DNA of 64,000 bases from an uncultured Pseudomonadota bacterium (GCA_963736005.1 CAVTNB010000002.1:1-64000); one strand, 5' to 3'. Counted from the first letter of the stretch, positions 10,125 through 19,343 are shown. Notes: generated by a model from the letters alone, not told the origin. Made by a program: numbers and translations.

Positions 10125-10964
10125 CTACAGGGCCGTTGCGGCGTGATACTTGCGGCGAATCTCCCGCAAATCAACAGTCGGTTTGGGAATCTCGATCTTC
10201 ATGTCGCTCATCGTCTCAACGAGGATCTTTGAAATTGCCAGATGGCAGAACCACTTGTGGTTTGCGGGAATGATGAACCACGGCGCGTGCTCGGTGCTCG
10301 TCTCGCACAACATCTCCTCGAAGGCCTCGATGTACGCGCCCCAATACTCCCGCTCCGTATAGTCTGCTTCGCTGATCTTCCAGTTGTGAGATGGGTCGTC
10401 GAGGCGCTTGGCAAACCGCGCCAATTGTTCTTCTTTCGAAATATGAAGAAAGAACTTGAGGATCGTCGTGTTGTTATCGCGATACAGGAGTCGTTCGAAG
10501 TCATTGATTTCCCCGTAGCGCTCTTTCCATTGCTTTTTTGGCACAAGCTTGTGCACTCGGACGGCGAGCACGTCCTCATAGTGCGAGCGGTTGAACACCG
10601 CAACCATTCCCTTGGCGGGAGCTCGGGGATGCACGCGCCACAAAAAGTCGTGGTCGAGCTCTTCCTCCGTTGGCGGCTTGAAGCCTAAAACGGTACACCC
10701 TTGGGGGTTCATGCCGGTGATCACATGACGAATCACTCCGTCTTTACCTGCGGAATCTAGCCCCTGCAGGACGATGAGCAGTGAATGCTTTTTTTGCGCC
10801 CACATGTGCAGCTGAAGTTTGTCGATCTTCTCAAGCTCGCGAGAGAGGTCGCGCAGCGCTTCTTTCTTGGACGAATATGAGCCATGAAAACCGGGGCTCA
10901 CGCCTTTGAGCTTGATCTTCTTGCCCGGCGCGGCCATGAATTGCTTGGTGTAGGTTCGTGCCAT
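10125..10964 (-). CDS. ppk2: Polyphosphate kinase 2 family (polyphosphate:nucleotide phosphotransferase)
   Basis: LQGLDSAGKDG Walker A, FKPPT.EE.DHDFLWR, FNRSHYEDV, KFFLHISKEEQ, APWFIIPANHKW. Confidence 0.93.
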   Translation of the reverse strand: MARTYTKQFMAAPGKKIKLKGVSPGFHGSYSSKKEALRDLSRELEKIDKLQLHMWAQKKHSLLIVLQGLDSAGKDGVIRHVITGMNPQGCTVLGFKPPTEEELDHDFLWRVHPRAPAKGMVAVFNRSHYEDVLAVRVHKLVPKKQWKERYGEINDFERLLYRDNNTTILKFFLHISKEEQLARFAKRLDDPSHNWKISEADYTEREYWGAYIEAFEEMLCETSTEHAPWFIIPANHKWFCHLAISKILVETMSDMKIEIPKPTVDLREIRRKYHAATAL

Positions 10965-11119
10965 CAGGTGCCTCTTGCACGCCGTCGGCAAGCTTACCGC
11001 CCTTCGAATGCAAGTTCGATTTCGCTCGGTCTGGTTGCCAGCTGGATTTCGGCACGAAAGCAATCGGTGGCGGTTGGCCGAACGTTCCACAGGTTTTCTG
11101 ACGCTGGAGGGCTTTTGTT

Positions 11120-11374
11120 ATGCCGGCAAAGAGTACTATTTTTTGCAACTACATAGTAAGACTGCATGTCGACTCGGACGAGCTGGAGCGTTACAAGAAA
11201 CATCCCGATGAACGCATACACCAGGCTGGCTTGACACCCAAGCAAGGTATGGCGCTGAAGAATAAAAGCGTCGCCGAGATTGAAGCTGCGCTGTGCGAGG
11301 AACAGGGCTTGCCGCCCGGGAGCAAGCCAGACAAAGACCACGTCGTGACGACGCACTTGGTAGAGCAACTCTAA
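11120..11374 (+). CDS. Putative split-borosin precursor peptide (BBD/LigA-like helical leader + C-terminal core)
   Basis: GGAGG RBS upstream. The leader L..D.D.LERYK.HP......AGLT..Q..AL resembles borosin binding domains. C-terminal core-like HVVTTHLVEQL. Directly upstream of the borosin methyltransferase. Confidence 0.8.
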   Translation: MPAKSTIFCNYIVRLHVDSDELERYKKHPDERIHQAGLTPKQGMALKNKSVAEIEAALCEEQGLPPGSKPDKDHVVTTHLVEQL

Positions 11375-12156
11375 CGTCCAGCGGCTCTCTCACTGTCGTC
11401 GGAGCGGGAATTCAGTTCGCGTGTCAGACGTCGCCGGCCGCGCGTGACTGCATCAAGCGTGCCGACAAAGTACTCATCATTTCAGCACCGTCTGCGGTCA
11501 CATGGCTGAAACAACTCAATAAATCAGCAGAGTCGCTCAATCATCTTTACGCCCCCGGAAAGCAGCGCATCACGACGTATCGTGAAATGGTTGAGTGTAT
11601 CATGAATTGCGTGCGTCGTGGCCAAAATGTGTGCGTTGTAACGTATGGTCATCCCGGCGTCTTCTCGCATCCGACACACGAGGCGGTCAGGAAGGCGCGC
11701 AGCGAGGGGTTCCTAGCCACGATGCTGCCCGGTATTTCCGCGGAGGATTGTCTATTTGCGGACCTTGGAGTCGACCCCGGAGCGCATGGGTGTCAAAGCT
11801 TCGAAGCTACTGACTTTCTCATTCGTGGGCGCCGATTCGACCCGACCAGTACGCTGATATTGTGGCAAATCGGGGTGATCGGGGAACCCGGCATCGGCAC
11901 GACGCGGGTAACACAGAGTTTGCGCATACTCGCGGACGTTCTAGGTCGACACTATGACGCCAACCACGAATCGATCGTCTACGAAGCTGCCGAACACCCC
12001 TTTTGCGAACCCTCGATACAGCCCGTAACGCTTGCCATGCTGCCCGACGCTCGGGTCTCGACGAGGTCCACGCTCTACGTGCCACCCAAGAAGTCTCGGC
12101 CTCTTGACGAAGAAATGGTGCAACGTTTGGGAATCGAGTTCCCCAGGCGCAAGTAG
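11374..12156 (+). CDS. Borosin-type backbone alpha-N-methyltransferase (OphMA/SonM family, TP_methylase fold); start codon uncertain
   Basis: GSLTVVGAGI, LY..GK.R..TY.EMVE, YGHPGVF, MLPGISAEDCLFADLGVDP, GCQSFEATDFL, LILWQIG, YEAA, STLYVPP. Confidence 0.92.
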   Translation, partial: TSSGSLTVVGAGIQFACQTSPAARDCIKRADKVLIISAPSAVTWLKQLNKSAESLNHLYAPGKQRITTYREMVECIMNCVRRGQNVCVVTYGHPGVFSHPTHEAVRKARSEGFLATMLPGISAEDCLFADLGVDPGAHGCQSFEATDFLIRGRRFDPTSTLILWQIGVIGEPGIGTTRVTQSLRILADVLGRHYDANHESIVYEAAEHPFCEPSIQPVTLAMLPDARVSTRSTLYVPPKKSRPLDEEMVQRLGIEFPRRK

Positions 12157-12194
12157 TCGCGAACGTCGAATCAACCCAGCGATAGGGGTGCATC

Positions 12195-15002
12195 ATGATC
12201 TCCCAGGAGATTCGTTGCCGTACCTTCATCGGGCGTCGCGCGCAGCTCGATCTGCTGTTGCGTGCCCGCGCCGCTTCAGCCGCGGAGTCTGGGAAAATGG
12301 TGCTGATCGCCGGCGACGCGGGAAGCGGCAAGAGTCGCCTCGTCACCCAATTCTTTGACGGCATCTCGCCCAGCGAAATGCCGCGCGCGGTGGGCCACTG
12401 TCTCGAATATGCCCAATCGCCTTTCGCTCCGATCGTGGAAGCATTGCGCGGAGTACTGGACGAGCGAGGCGCGCCGCGTCTGAGCCAAGAGGTCCGCGAG
12501 CCTCTGGCATGGCTGCTGCCCGAACTCCGCGTGAGTAATGAGCGCGTCATCGAGCGCGACAAATTGCAACTGCTCAACGCCATGGCCGAGGCACTCCAAG
12601 AGGTGTCCTCAAAGAATTCCGCCACCGTCGTCATTGAAGACCTTCACTGGGCAGACGCTGCCACGCTCGAGTTCCTCCAGCACGTGTTGCATTCGCTTGC
12701 CAAATCCCGTCTGCTGCTCCTTGTGACCTACCGATCGGAGGAGGTGCATCACGGTCATCCGCTTTCATCCATACTCGCGCGGCTCGAACGGCACCCGTCA
12801 GTGTTGAGCATCGAACTCGAACCTCTTTCCAGTTCCGAAATGAACGCGCTGATCTACCATTCGCTCGAAGGGCGAGCAACGCTGCCCAGTGAGGTTGTCG
12901 GCGCCATCTCGTCGCAGGCAGAAGGTAACCCGCTTTTTGCCGAGGAGCTGCTGAGAAATGCGACCCAGAACGCAAGCGCGCTCAGGGCGCCCCTCCTGCC
13001 CCGCACGCTGCGTGAGGCGGTACTCGAGCGACTGAAAGTTCTGGGTAATGACGAGCGCGAACTGCTCGCCGAAGCCGCCGTCATGGGAAGGCGCTTTCGA
13101 GCTGAGTTCCTTGCCGCAGCCACCGGAACGCCCATAGAGCGGACACTGTCCGTCTTGCGCGCCGCGCGTGACCTTCAATTGATCGTCGAAGAGGTCAATG
13201 GAGTGAACTATTTCACGTTTCGTCACGCTCTAACGCGCGAAGCCATTTACGGAGAGCTGTTGGCTGCCGAAGCTCGCGTGCTGCACAGACGAAATGCCAT
13301 CGCGCTCGAAGCACCCGAGGCGTCGGATGAATCGACCGCCGAGCTCGCCTATCACTGGTGGAAGGCACGCGAGCCGGACAAGGCGGTGAAGTACAACGAA
13401 CTCGCAGGCGATCGGGCTTTTCGCGTCTACGCCTATCAAGACTGTTTAATCAACTACGAACGAGCTCTTGAAATGGATGCGCAGGGCGGAGCCCATCGAG
13501 CATCCTTGCAGCGAAAACTTGCCAAGGCATTGCATCAGTGCGGGTTGGGCATGCGTGCCTCGCTCGCGCTAGATGCCGCGTTGGAATACTACCTGTCGGC
13601 AGGCGACTTGGAAAACGCCGCATGGACCTGTTTGAGCCTAGGCCGAATTCGCAGCACGCTGGCGCACATTGCGGGCCAAGCTCAGATGAACGAGCGCGCT
13701 GTGACTCTTGTAGGCCAAAACGCCCTCAGCCCGGCGCTGTTCGCAGCACGCGTAGCGATGGCAAATGTCTACACGTCTTTTCATTGCGACTCGGCCAAGG
13801 CGCTGAACTATCTTGATAAAGCTCAGGAGCAGTTGGCGAACGCGAGGTCAAGAGACCAGGTGCGTTTTTTTGAGACGCGATCGATGGTGCGCATCCTCCA
13901 AGGCAGACCTCAAGAGGGACTCGACGACGCGCGACGAGCGACAGAGATTGCGGGTACGACGGGCGACGTGCACAGTGCCATACGCCTCTGGGGAAATGTC
14001 GCCGTAACTCTGACGGACTGCGGTGAAGGAGCGCTCGCGTTACACGCTTTCAAAGAAGCGGCTGACATCGTGCGCGATAAGCGCTTCGGCGGTGTGACGG
14101 GCAACTGGGTCATGGTAGAGTTCGCCTTCGCCCGTTTGCTGCATGGCGAACTCGAGCAAGCTCGGGAACTTGTCGAGCTTGGGTTGGCGGCGAATATCGA
14201 GAGTTTACGATTCAGAGTGCTTCTGGCACGGACGGGCATTTTGGTGGGGCTCATGCTTGAGAACAGCGAGCTCGTCCAACGCGCTGCCAAGCCGGAACTT
14301 ATCGAACTTGCAATCGGGGCTGGGGAATTGAAGATGGTCGAAATTTCGGCCGCATTGGCCGAGTACTACCAGTCGGTGGGGAACGTTGAGGCGGCCGCCA
14401 GCCTATTACACCGCCAGATCGAGGCTTGCGAGACGCTCGACCTCCATCCGCCGCCTGGGAGTACCGATTGGTTGCTTGCAACGGCGAAATACGGGGATGC
14501 TGCAGATATCCCGCGAGCAAGAATGTTCCTCGCTCGCGCCGCCGAGTCGACGAAGGTTCGCGCGATGCCAGCCTGCGTCGCGCTTTTCGATGCCTGTGCG
14601 GCCAGCAGAGCGGGGCTGCAAGCCGATACGCTTGCCAATGGTGCTCGGGCAGCGCTGCTCTTTCACGACATCGAATGGCCATATCACGAAGCCCAGGCAT
14701 CGGAGCTGGCGGACAAGCCCAAGGACGCGCTGGAGATCTATAAGCGCATCGGGGACGTTCGCGATGCGCGGCGCTTGGAGGCGGCCCTGAATCCGCCGAA
14801 TCGGCGCGGTCGTTCGAAAAACGCGCTTACGTCGCGCGAACGCGAAATTTCAGACCTCGTCGGCAACGGGATGTCGAATCGCGTCATTGCCGATACCCTG
14901 GTCATCAGCGAACGCACAGTTGAAAGTCACGTGTCGGCGATCTTGAACAAGCTAAACTTAGCCTCACGCGCTGAGTTGATCGCGCACTTGAAGCAAAACT
15001 AA
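12195..15002 (+). CDS. Large AAA-ATPase (STAND/LAL-like) transcriptional regulator with helical repeats and C-terminal LuxR HTH
   Basis: FIGR..QL, Walker A GDAGSGKS, Walker B IEDLHWAD, GNPLF, FRHAL.REAIY, C-terminal LTSREREI...GMSNR.IA..L.ISERTVESHV. Confidence 0.93.
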   Translation: MISQEIRCRTFIGRRAQLDLLLRARAASAAESGKMVLIAGDAGSGKSRLVTQFFDGISPSEMPRAVGHCLEYAQSPFAPIVEALRGVLDERGAPRLSQEVREPLAWLLPELRVSNERVIERDKLQLLNAMAEALQEVSSKNSATVVIEDLHWADAATLEFLQHVLHSLAKSRLLLLVTYRSEEVHHGHPLSSILARLERHPSVLSIELEPLSSSEMNALIYHSLEGRATLPSEVVGAISSQAEGNPLFAEELLRNATQNASALRAPLLPRTLREAVLERLKVLGNDERELLAEAAVMGRRFRAEFLAAATGTPIERTLSVLRAARDLQLIVEEVNGVNYFTFRHALTREAIYGELLAAEARVLHRRNAIALEAPEASDESTAELAYHWWKAREPDKAVKYNELAGDRAFRVYAYQDCLINYERALEMDAQGGAHRASLQRKLAKALHQCGLGMRASLALDAALEYYLSAGDLENAAWTCLSLGRIRSTLAHIAGQAQMNERAVTLVGQNALSPALFAARVAMANVYTSFHCDSAKALNYLDKAQEQLANARSRDQVRFFETRSMVRILQGRPQEGLDDARRATEIAGTTGDVHSAIRLWGNVAVTLTDCGEGALALHAFKEAADIVRDKRFGGVTGNWVMVEFAFARLLHGELEQARELVELGLAANIESLRFRVLLARTGILVGLMLENSELVQRAAKPELIELAIGAGELKMVEISAALAEYYQSVGNVEAAASLLHRQIEACETLDLHPPPGSTDWLLATAKYGDAADIPRARMFLARAAESTKVRAMPACVALFDACAASRAGLQADTLANGARAALLFHDIEWPYHEAQASELADKPKDALEIYKRIGDVRDARRLEAALNPPNRRGRSKNALTSREREISDLVGNGMSNRVIADTLVISERTVESHVSAILNKLNLASRAELIAHLKQN

Positions 15003-15063
15003 AAGCCTCCTCCACGCCCTTTGCCGGGCGTTCCCGGCCAATTCTCCGTACTACGAGCAGCCT

Positions 15064-15087
15064 TAAATCCGTACTAGCACGGATTTA
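15064..15087. promoter_or_regulatory. Inverted repeat TAAATCCGT-N6-ACGGATTTA, candidate LuxR-family operator
   Basis: Perfect 9-bp arms plus a further TCCGTACTA half-site at about 15045, lying between the regulator and the small ORFs. Confidence 0.5.
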
Positions 15088-15167
15088 GGAGAGCATGTGC
15101 CTCGCGTATGATCAGCCTTGGAAGCGGTCGCGCTTAGACGGCCCTCCAAACCAAAAGGAGAACCACG

Positions 15168-15296
15168 ATGGAAGCCAAGGCAAAACAGTATACGAAAGAC
15201 GTCGAAGAGCAAAACGACGGTGACCGAAATCGACTCGTCCGCGTTCCCAAGTTCGTCGATTCTTCGATCTTCGGGGGTTGGGGGATCAAGCTCTAA
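15168..15296 (+). CDS. Small ORF, 42 aa: MEAKAKQYTKDVEEQNDGDRNRLVRVPKFVDSSIFGGWGIKL
   Basis: Strong RBS AAAAGGAG 7 nt before the ATG; below the ORF-track size cutoff. Confidence 0.6.
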   Translation: MEAKAKQYTKDVEEQNDGDRNRLVRVPKFVDSSIFGGWGIKL

Positions 15297-15310
15297 TCAG
15301 GAGAAACCCC

Positions 15311-15421
15311 ATGAACGTCTACGACAAAGACCTTGCTGGCGCAAACGCCGCGAGGTCTTTCTCATTGATGCCGCAGGGAGATATCCATTACGTTGATAAG
15401 GCCGACGCCGATGAACGTTGA
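15311..15421 (+). CDS. Small ORF, 36 aa: MNVYDKDLAGANAARSFSLMPQGDIHYVDKADADER
   Basis: RBS AGGAG upstream; its 3' end overlaps the start of the next gene. Confidence 0.45.
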   Translation: MNVYDKDLAGANAARSFSLMPQGDIHYVDKADADER

Positions 15422-16178
15422 CTTTGGGAAGACAGCGAAGGATTACAGCAAGCATCGAGCTGGGTTTCCCGCGCGCTTTTTTGACCGACTGTTGGCGGAC
15501 GGTCTCGTGCAGCGCGACGACCAAGTCCTTGATTTGGGCACTGGCACCGGTACGATCGCACGCGGGTTTGCCCAGCGAGGCTGCAATGTCATCGGGCTCG
15601 ATCCGTCGACCGCGCTGCTCGAAGAAGCGATGCGCTTAGACGAAGAGGCTGGTGTGTTCGTTCGCTACGTCGAGGCAAAAGCGGAAAACACTCAACTGCC
15701 CCCGGCTTCGTTGCATGTGGTCGTCGCCGGCCAGAGCTGGCACTGGTTCGATCGTCCTGTAGCAGCACGCGAAGCGCGGCGCGTGCTGAAGCCAAACGGC
15801 GTGCTGGTCATTGCTCACTTTGATTGGATACCGCTCCCCGGGAACGTCGTTGACGCAACGGAGAGGCTCATCGAGCATCACAACCCAAATTGGAAGCTTG
15901 CTGGAGGGACGGGGCTGCACCCACGCTGCCTGGCTGATGCGGCTCTCGCTGGTTTTGAGCATATCGAAACTTTTTCGTTCGACGAGCCCACACACTACAC
16001 ACACGAAGCATGGCGCGGAAGGATTCGCGCGAGCGCCGGCGTCGCCGCTAGTCTTTCGCCGGACTCCGTGGCGCGATTCGACGCCGATCTTGCTGCACTG
16101 CTTGCCGCGCGTTATCCTGAAGATCCACTCGTTGTGCCCCACCGCGTGTGGGTTATGACAGCCCGAGCGCCAGCCTAA
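15411..16178 (+). CDS. Class I SAM-dependent methyltransferase
   Basis: DFGKTAKDYSKHRAGFP, VLDLGTGTG, AGQSWHWF, RVLKPNG. Confidence 0.9.
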   Translation: MNVDFGKTAKDYSKHRAGFPARFFDRLLADGLVQRDDQVLDLGTGTGTIARGFAQRGCNVIGLDPSTALLEEAMRLDEEAGVFVRYVEAKAENTQLPPASLHVVVAGQSWHWFDRPVAAREARRVLKPNGVLVIAHFDWIPLPGNVVDATERLIEHHNPNWKLAGGTGLHPRCLADAALAGFEHIETFSFDEPTHYTHEAWRGRIRASAGVAASLSPDSVARFDADLAALLAARYPEDPLVVPHRVWVMTARAPA

Positions 16179-17847
16179 GTGATTCTTTCTCATGCTCGAT
16201 TCATCGCCTTAACGCGCGCTGCGCTGGTTGTCGCAAGCTGCGTTGCGTTAGCTGCCGGCTGCACAAAAGTTGCGACGCAAGGTTCACTCGTCGGCGGCCG
16301 ACATAGCTGGACTGAGCCCGGCGTGCTCAGAGTCGCGCTGCCGCAAGACGTGAAGACGCTCAATCCGCTGCTGGACTCGACGACAGCCGATGGTTTTGTC
16401 GATCGGCTCATGTTCGAACCTCTGATCTCTGCGGACTCGCACGGCAACCCGGTACCGATTTTGGCGCTTGCGGTGCCCAGTTGGAGCAATGGTGGAATAA
16501 GCAAGGATGGCCTCACCATCATCTATCACCTGCGGGGCAACGCGCTCTGGAGCGATGGCGTGCCGGTGACGAGCGCAGACGTCAAGTGGTCGTGGCAAGC
16601 GATCATGAATTCCGCCAACGATGTGATTTCACGTCATGGCTATGATGTTATTCGCGACATCGATACACCCGACGCACGTACGGTCGTCGTTCATCTGAAG
16701 CGCTCGTTCGCTCCATTTGTGAACGCGTTTTTTGCAGAAAGCGATCAACCATACAATGTCGCTCCAGCGCACGTGCTTGCCAAGTATGCGAATCTGAACC
16801 AAATCCCGTTCAACACCGCGCCCCTGGTGAGTGATGGGCCATTTCGGTTCGTTGAGTGGGTGCATGGCGACCATGTTCTCTTGACCGCCAACGAAGCGTT
16901 CTTTTTGGGGGCTCCGAAACTTCGTCAGATTCGCGTCGAGGTAATCCCAGACGAGAATACGTCCATCCAACTGTTGCGCACGCACGCAATTGACTACATG
17001 TTCCAAGCTTCGATCAACACCTACCACGAAATAAAAGGTATTCCGGACGTTCGTATCGCGTGGGATGATATGAACGGCTTTCAAGGCATTGCCCTCAACC
17101 TGTCGCACGATCCGGTGAGCAATCCGCTGGTGCGCACCGCCATCGCATCGGCGATCGACAGAGCGGAACTCGTAAGAACGCTGACCAGCGGTCAAGAAAA
17201 GATGGCGACCGAGGACTTACCAGACTGGTTGTGGGCATTCAATCCGAATGCCCAGCCGCCGTCATACGATCCGAGGTCGTGCGAAACGCCTCCTGGCACA
17301 AGCCGGTTTCGTGCTTGGCAACGATGGCGTTGCGCGACGGCATGGCGTGCCGCTGCGCTTGCTGTTTGTTTCCGACAGCGCGGACGCAACGCATCGAAAG
17401 ATGATCGTGCTCATCCAGGAAATGCTTCGCAACGTCGGCATCGAGGCGGACATCAAATTGTACCCGCTCGACGTGCTCTACGCCGCTGCTGGCATGGGCG
17501 GCATCATGCATAGCGGCAAATTCGATCTCATTACCTATCCTTGGTATTCTGGGATCGATCCAGATAATTCGTCGCAATTCATGTGCGAGAACTTTCCACC
17601 GGGCGGCTACAACGATACTCGCTACTGCACCCCCGAGATGGAGCACGCACAAGTCCAAGCGCTGGCGAGCTACGATCGGGCTACGCGCCGGCGAGCATAC
17701 TTCAAGGTCGAAGCATTGCTGGCTCGCGACAATCCGTTGGTCTTTTTATGGTGGCAGCGCCAGCAAGAGCCGGTGAGCGTCGACTTCAAAGGCTTTGCGC
17801 CGAATCCGGCAGTTGAATCGTGGAATGCCTGGCAGTGGAGTATCTAG
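16179..17847 (+). CDS. Peptide ABC transporter substrate-binding lipoprotein (family 5), frameshifted near 17275
   Basis: Lipobox LAAGC, LNPL, WSDGVPVTSADV, GPFRFVEW, VRTAIASAIDR; C-terminal part continues in ORF 17248..17847. Confidence 0.88.
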
Positions 17848-17905
17848 CGTCGCCCTAGACAGTCGGACCTGGCCCCGTGATATAATTCCTAGTGAGAGGC
17901 TCACT

Positions 17906-18457
17906 ATGTCCACGGTTCGCGAAATCACAGTCCCCGTCACCAAGCCTGCCACGGAGTGGGTCAATGGGCGCGCGCTCCAAAAAGTGAGCCCGCAGGAGCG
18001 ACACGCGCGCGCCCAGGGTAGAATGATAGCCGCACTCAGCGCTTGGGCGGATAACACAGGCTCCGGACGCGTCGGAACGGAGTGGGAATTTCGGGTGACG
18101 CCGCCTCACGAGCCGACGAGACCACTTGTCCCTGACGTCGCTTTTCTTTCGTACGACCGGTTAGGTTATGAACTCGACGATGTGGCGCAGATTCCATACA
18201 TGGCGCCGGACGTCGCCATTGAGATAGTCTCGCCTGGCGATCGATCGATCGACATTGACGAAAAGGTGCGCGTGTATCTTGCCGCCGGCGCAGCGCTTGT
18301 GCTTCTCATCGATCCGCACGAGCAAACGTTCACCTCGCATGATAGTGAAGGCATGCGACGTTTCACGCGTCTCGAGACATTCAAGCACTCAGCGCTTCCA
18401 GCTTTTGCGATTGAGGTCGCGTCGGTCTTCGAGAAACCAAAGCCCCGCAAGGCGTGA
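17906..18457 (+). CDS. Uma2 family (DUF820) endonuclease-fold protein
   Basis: EWVNG...SP...H, PDVAF, APDVAIEIVSP, K..YL.AG. Confidence 0.88.
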   Translation: MSTVREITVPVTKPATEWVNGRALQKVSPQERHARAQGRMIAALSAWADNTGSGRVGTEWEFRVTPPHEPTRPLVPDVAFLSYDRLGYELDDVAQIPYMAPDVAIEIVSPGDRSIDIDEKVRVYLAAGAALVLLIDPHEQTFTSHDSEGMRRFTRLETFKHSALPAFAIEVASVFEKPKPRKA

Positions 18458-18473
18458 GCTACACTCGCTTGTC

Positions 18474-19337
18474 TTACCAGCGGTAACCCACAAGCGCCAT
18501 CGTCTTGCGTAGAGTGAGCCAGAGATATACTTTTTCCGCAAGTCTCAAGTCCGTCTTCCAGCTTCCGATCGCGCCTTTGCGAAAGAACCCGTCGGTTCGC
18601 TGACGGTGTTGCCTTCACGTTTAGCCGCCTCTCCCCAAAGCGGAATTGGCGTGCCGCCGTTGCGCCGCAGCGACTCGATGGTGTTACTCGCGACTGCTTG
18701 CTGTATATCGTCGCCGGACCATTCAGACCAAGAAACTCACTGCAGCCTCGCAACGTCTCGGTCGGTGCTGCGTGAAGATCTTCATATCGTACTTGATGGA
18801 ACTGCCAACTGGGCAATCGAGCGCCTTCCTTCAGTGCGCGTCGTACGCGCTCAGACCACATCGTTGCCGCTGAGCGAACCGTTTTGGCGGCATGCCAAGT
18901 GTGGACTCCAGGATCGCGTTGCATCTAAAAGCGACGCCACAACGTCCCGTGGGTCCCTGATGATATGTATGAAGCGCGTGCGCGGCAGCAATTCGAGAAT
19001 CTCTGGAATGTAGAGCACATGACAGGGTGTCTTGTCGAGGAAAATGTCACCGGGTTAAGCGCACCCAGCATGGGCTGCATCATGCGTTTGCACGAATCGA
19101 CTGCAACGCCTCGAGAAAGGTCGCTTCATCGACATAGCCAGGCAAGCCGACGGCCCGCTTTCGGACCACCGTTCCGCGCCACGCGCGCAACACCGGGCCA
19201 ACATACACATTGAAGAGCTGCGTTTCTTGTCCGGTCACCACGCGGGGGTGCGCCCCCAATTGCTTTTGCAGCCACGTAGTGCCGCTGCGTGGACAGCCGA
19301 CGATGCAGACGTAGTTACTACCGTCAAACATTTCCAC
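18474..19337 (-). CDS. Sulfotransferase, multiply frameshifted
   Basis: IVGCPRSGTTWL PAPS-binding loop; DKTP, IIRDPRDVVAS and VRYEDL in other frames. Confidence 0.8.
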
Positions 19338-19343
19338 GACTAT

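Noticed and set aside
11374..12156. Annotation as a cobalamin/siroheme tetrapyrrole methylase or an RsmI paralogue
   Set aside because: The YGHP (not GDP), AEDCLFADLG and EATDFL motifs and the adjacent precursor fit borosin enzymes. No cob/cbi genes are nearby.
17906..18457. Uma2 gene as a mobile element or defence system at the island edge
   Set aside because: It is a solitary gene of a widespread family, with no integrase, terminal repeats or partner genes visible.
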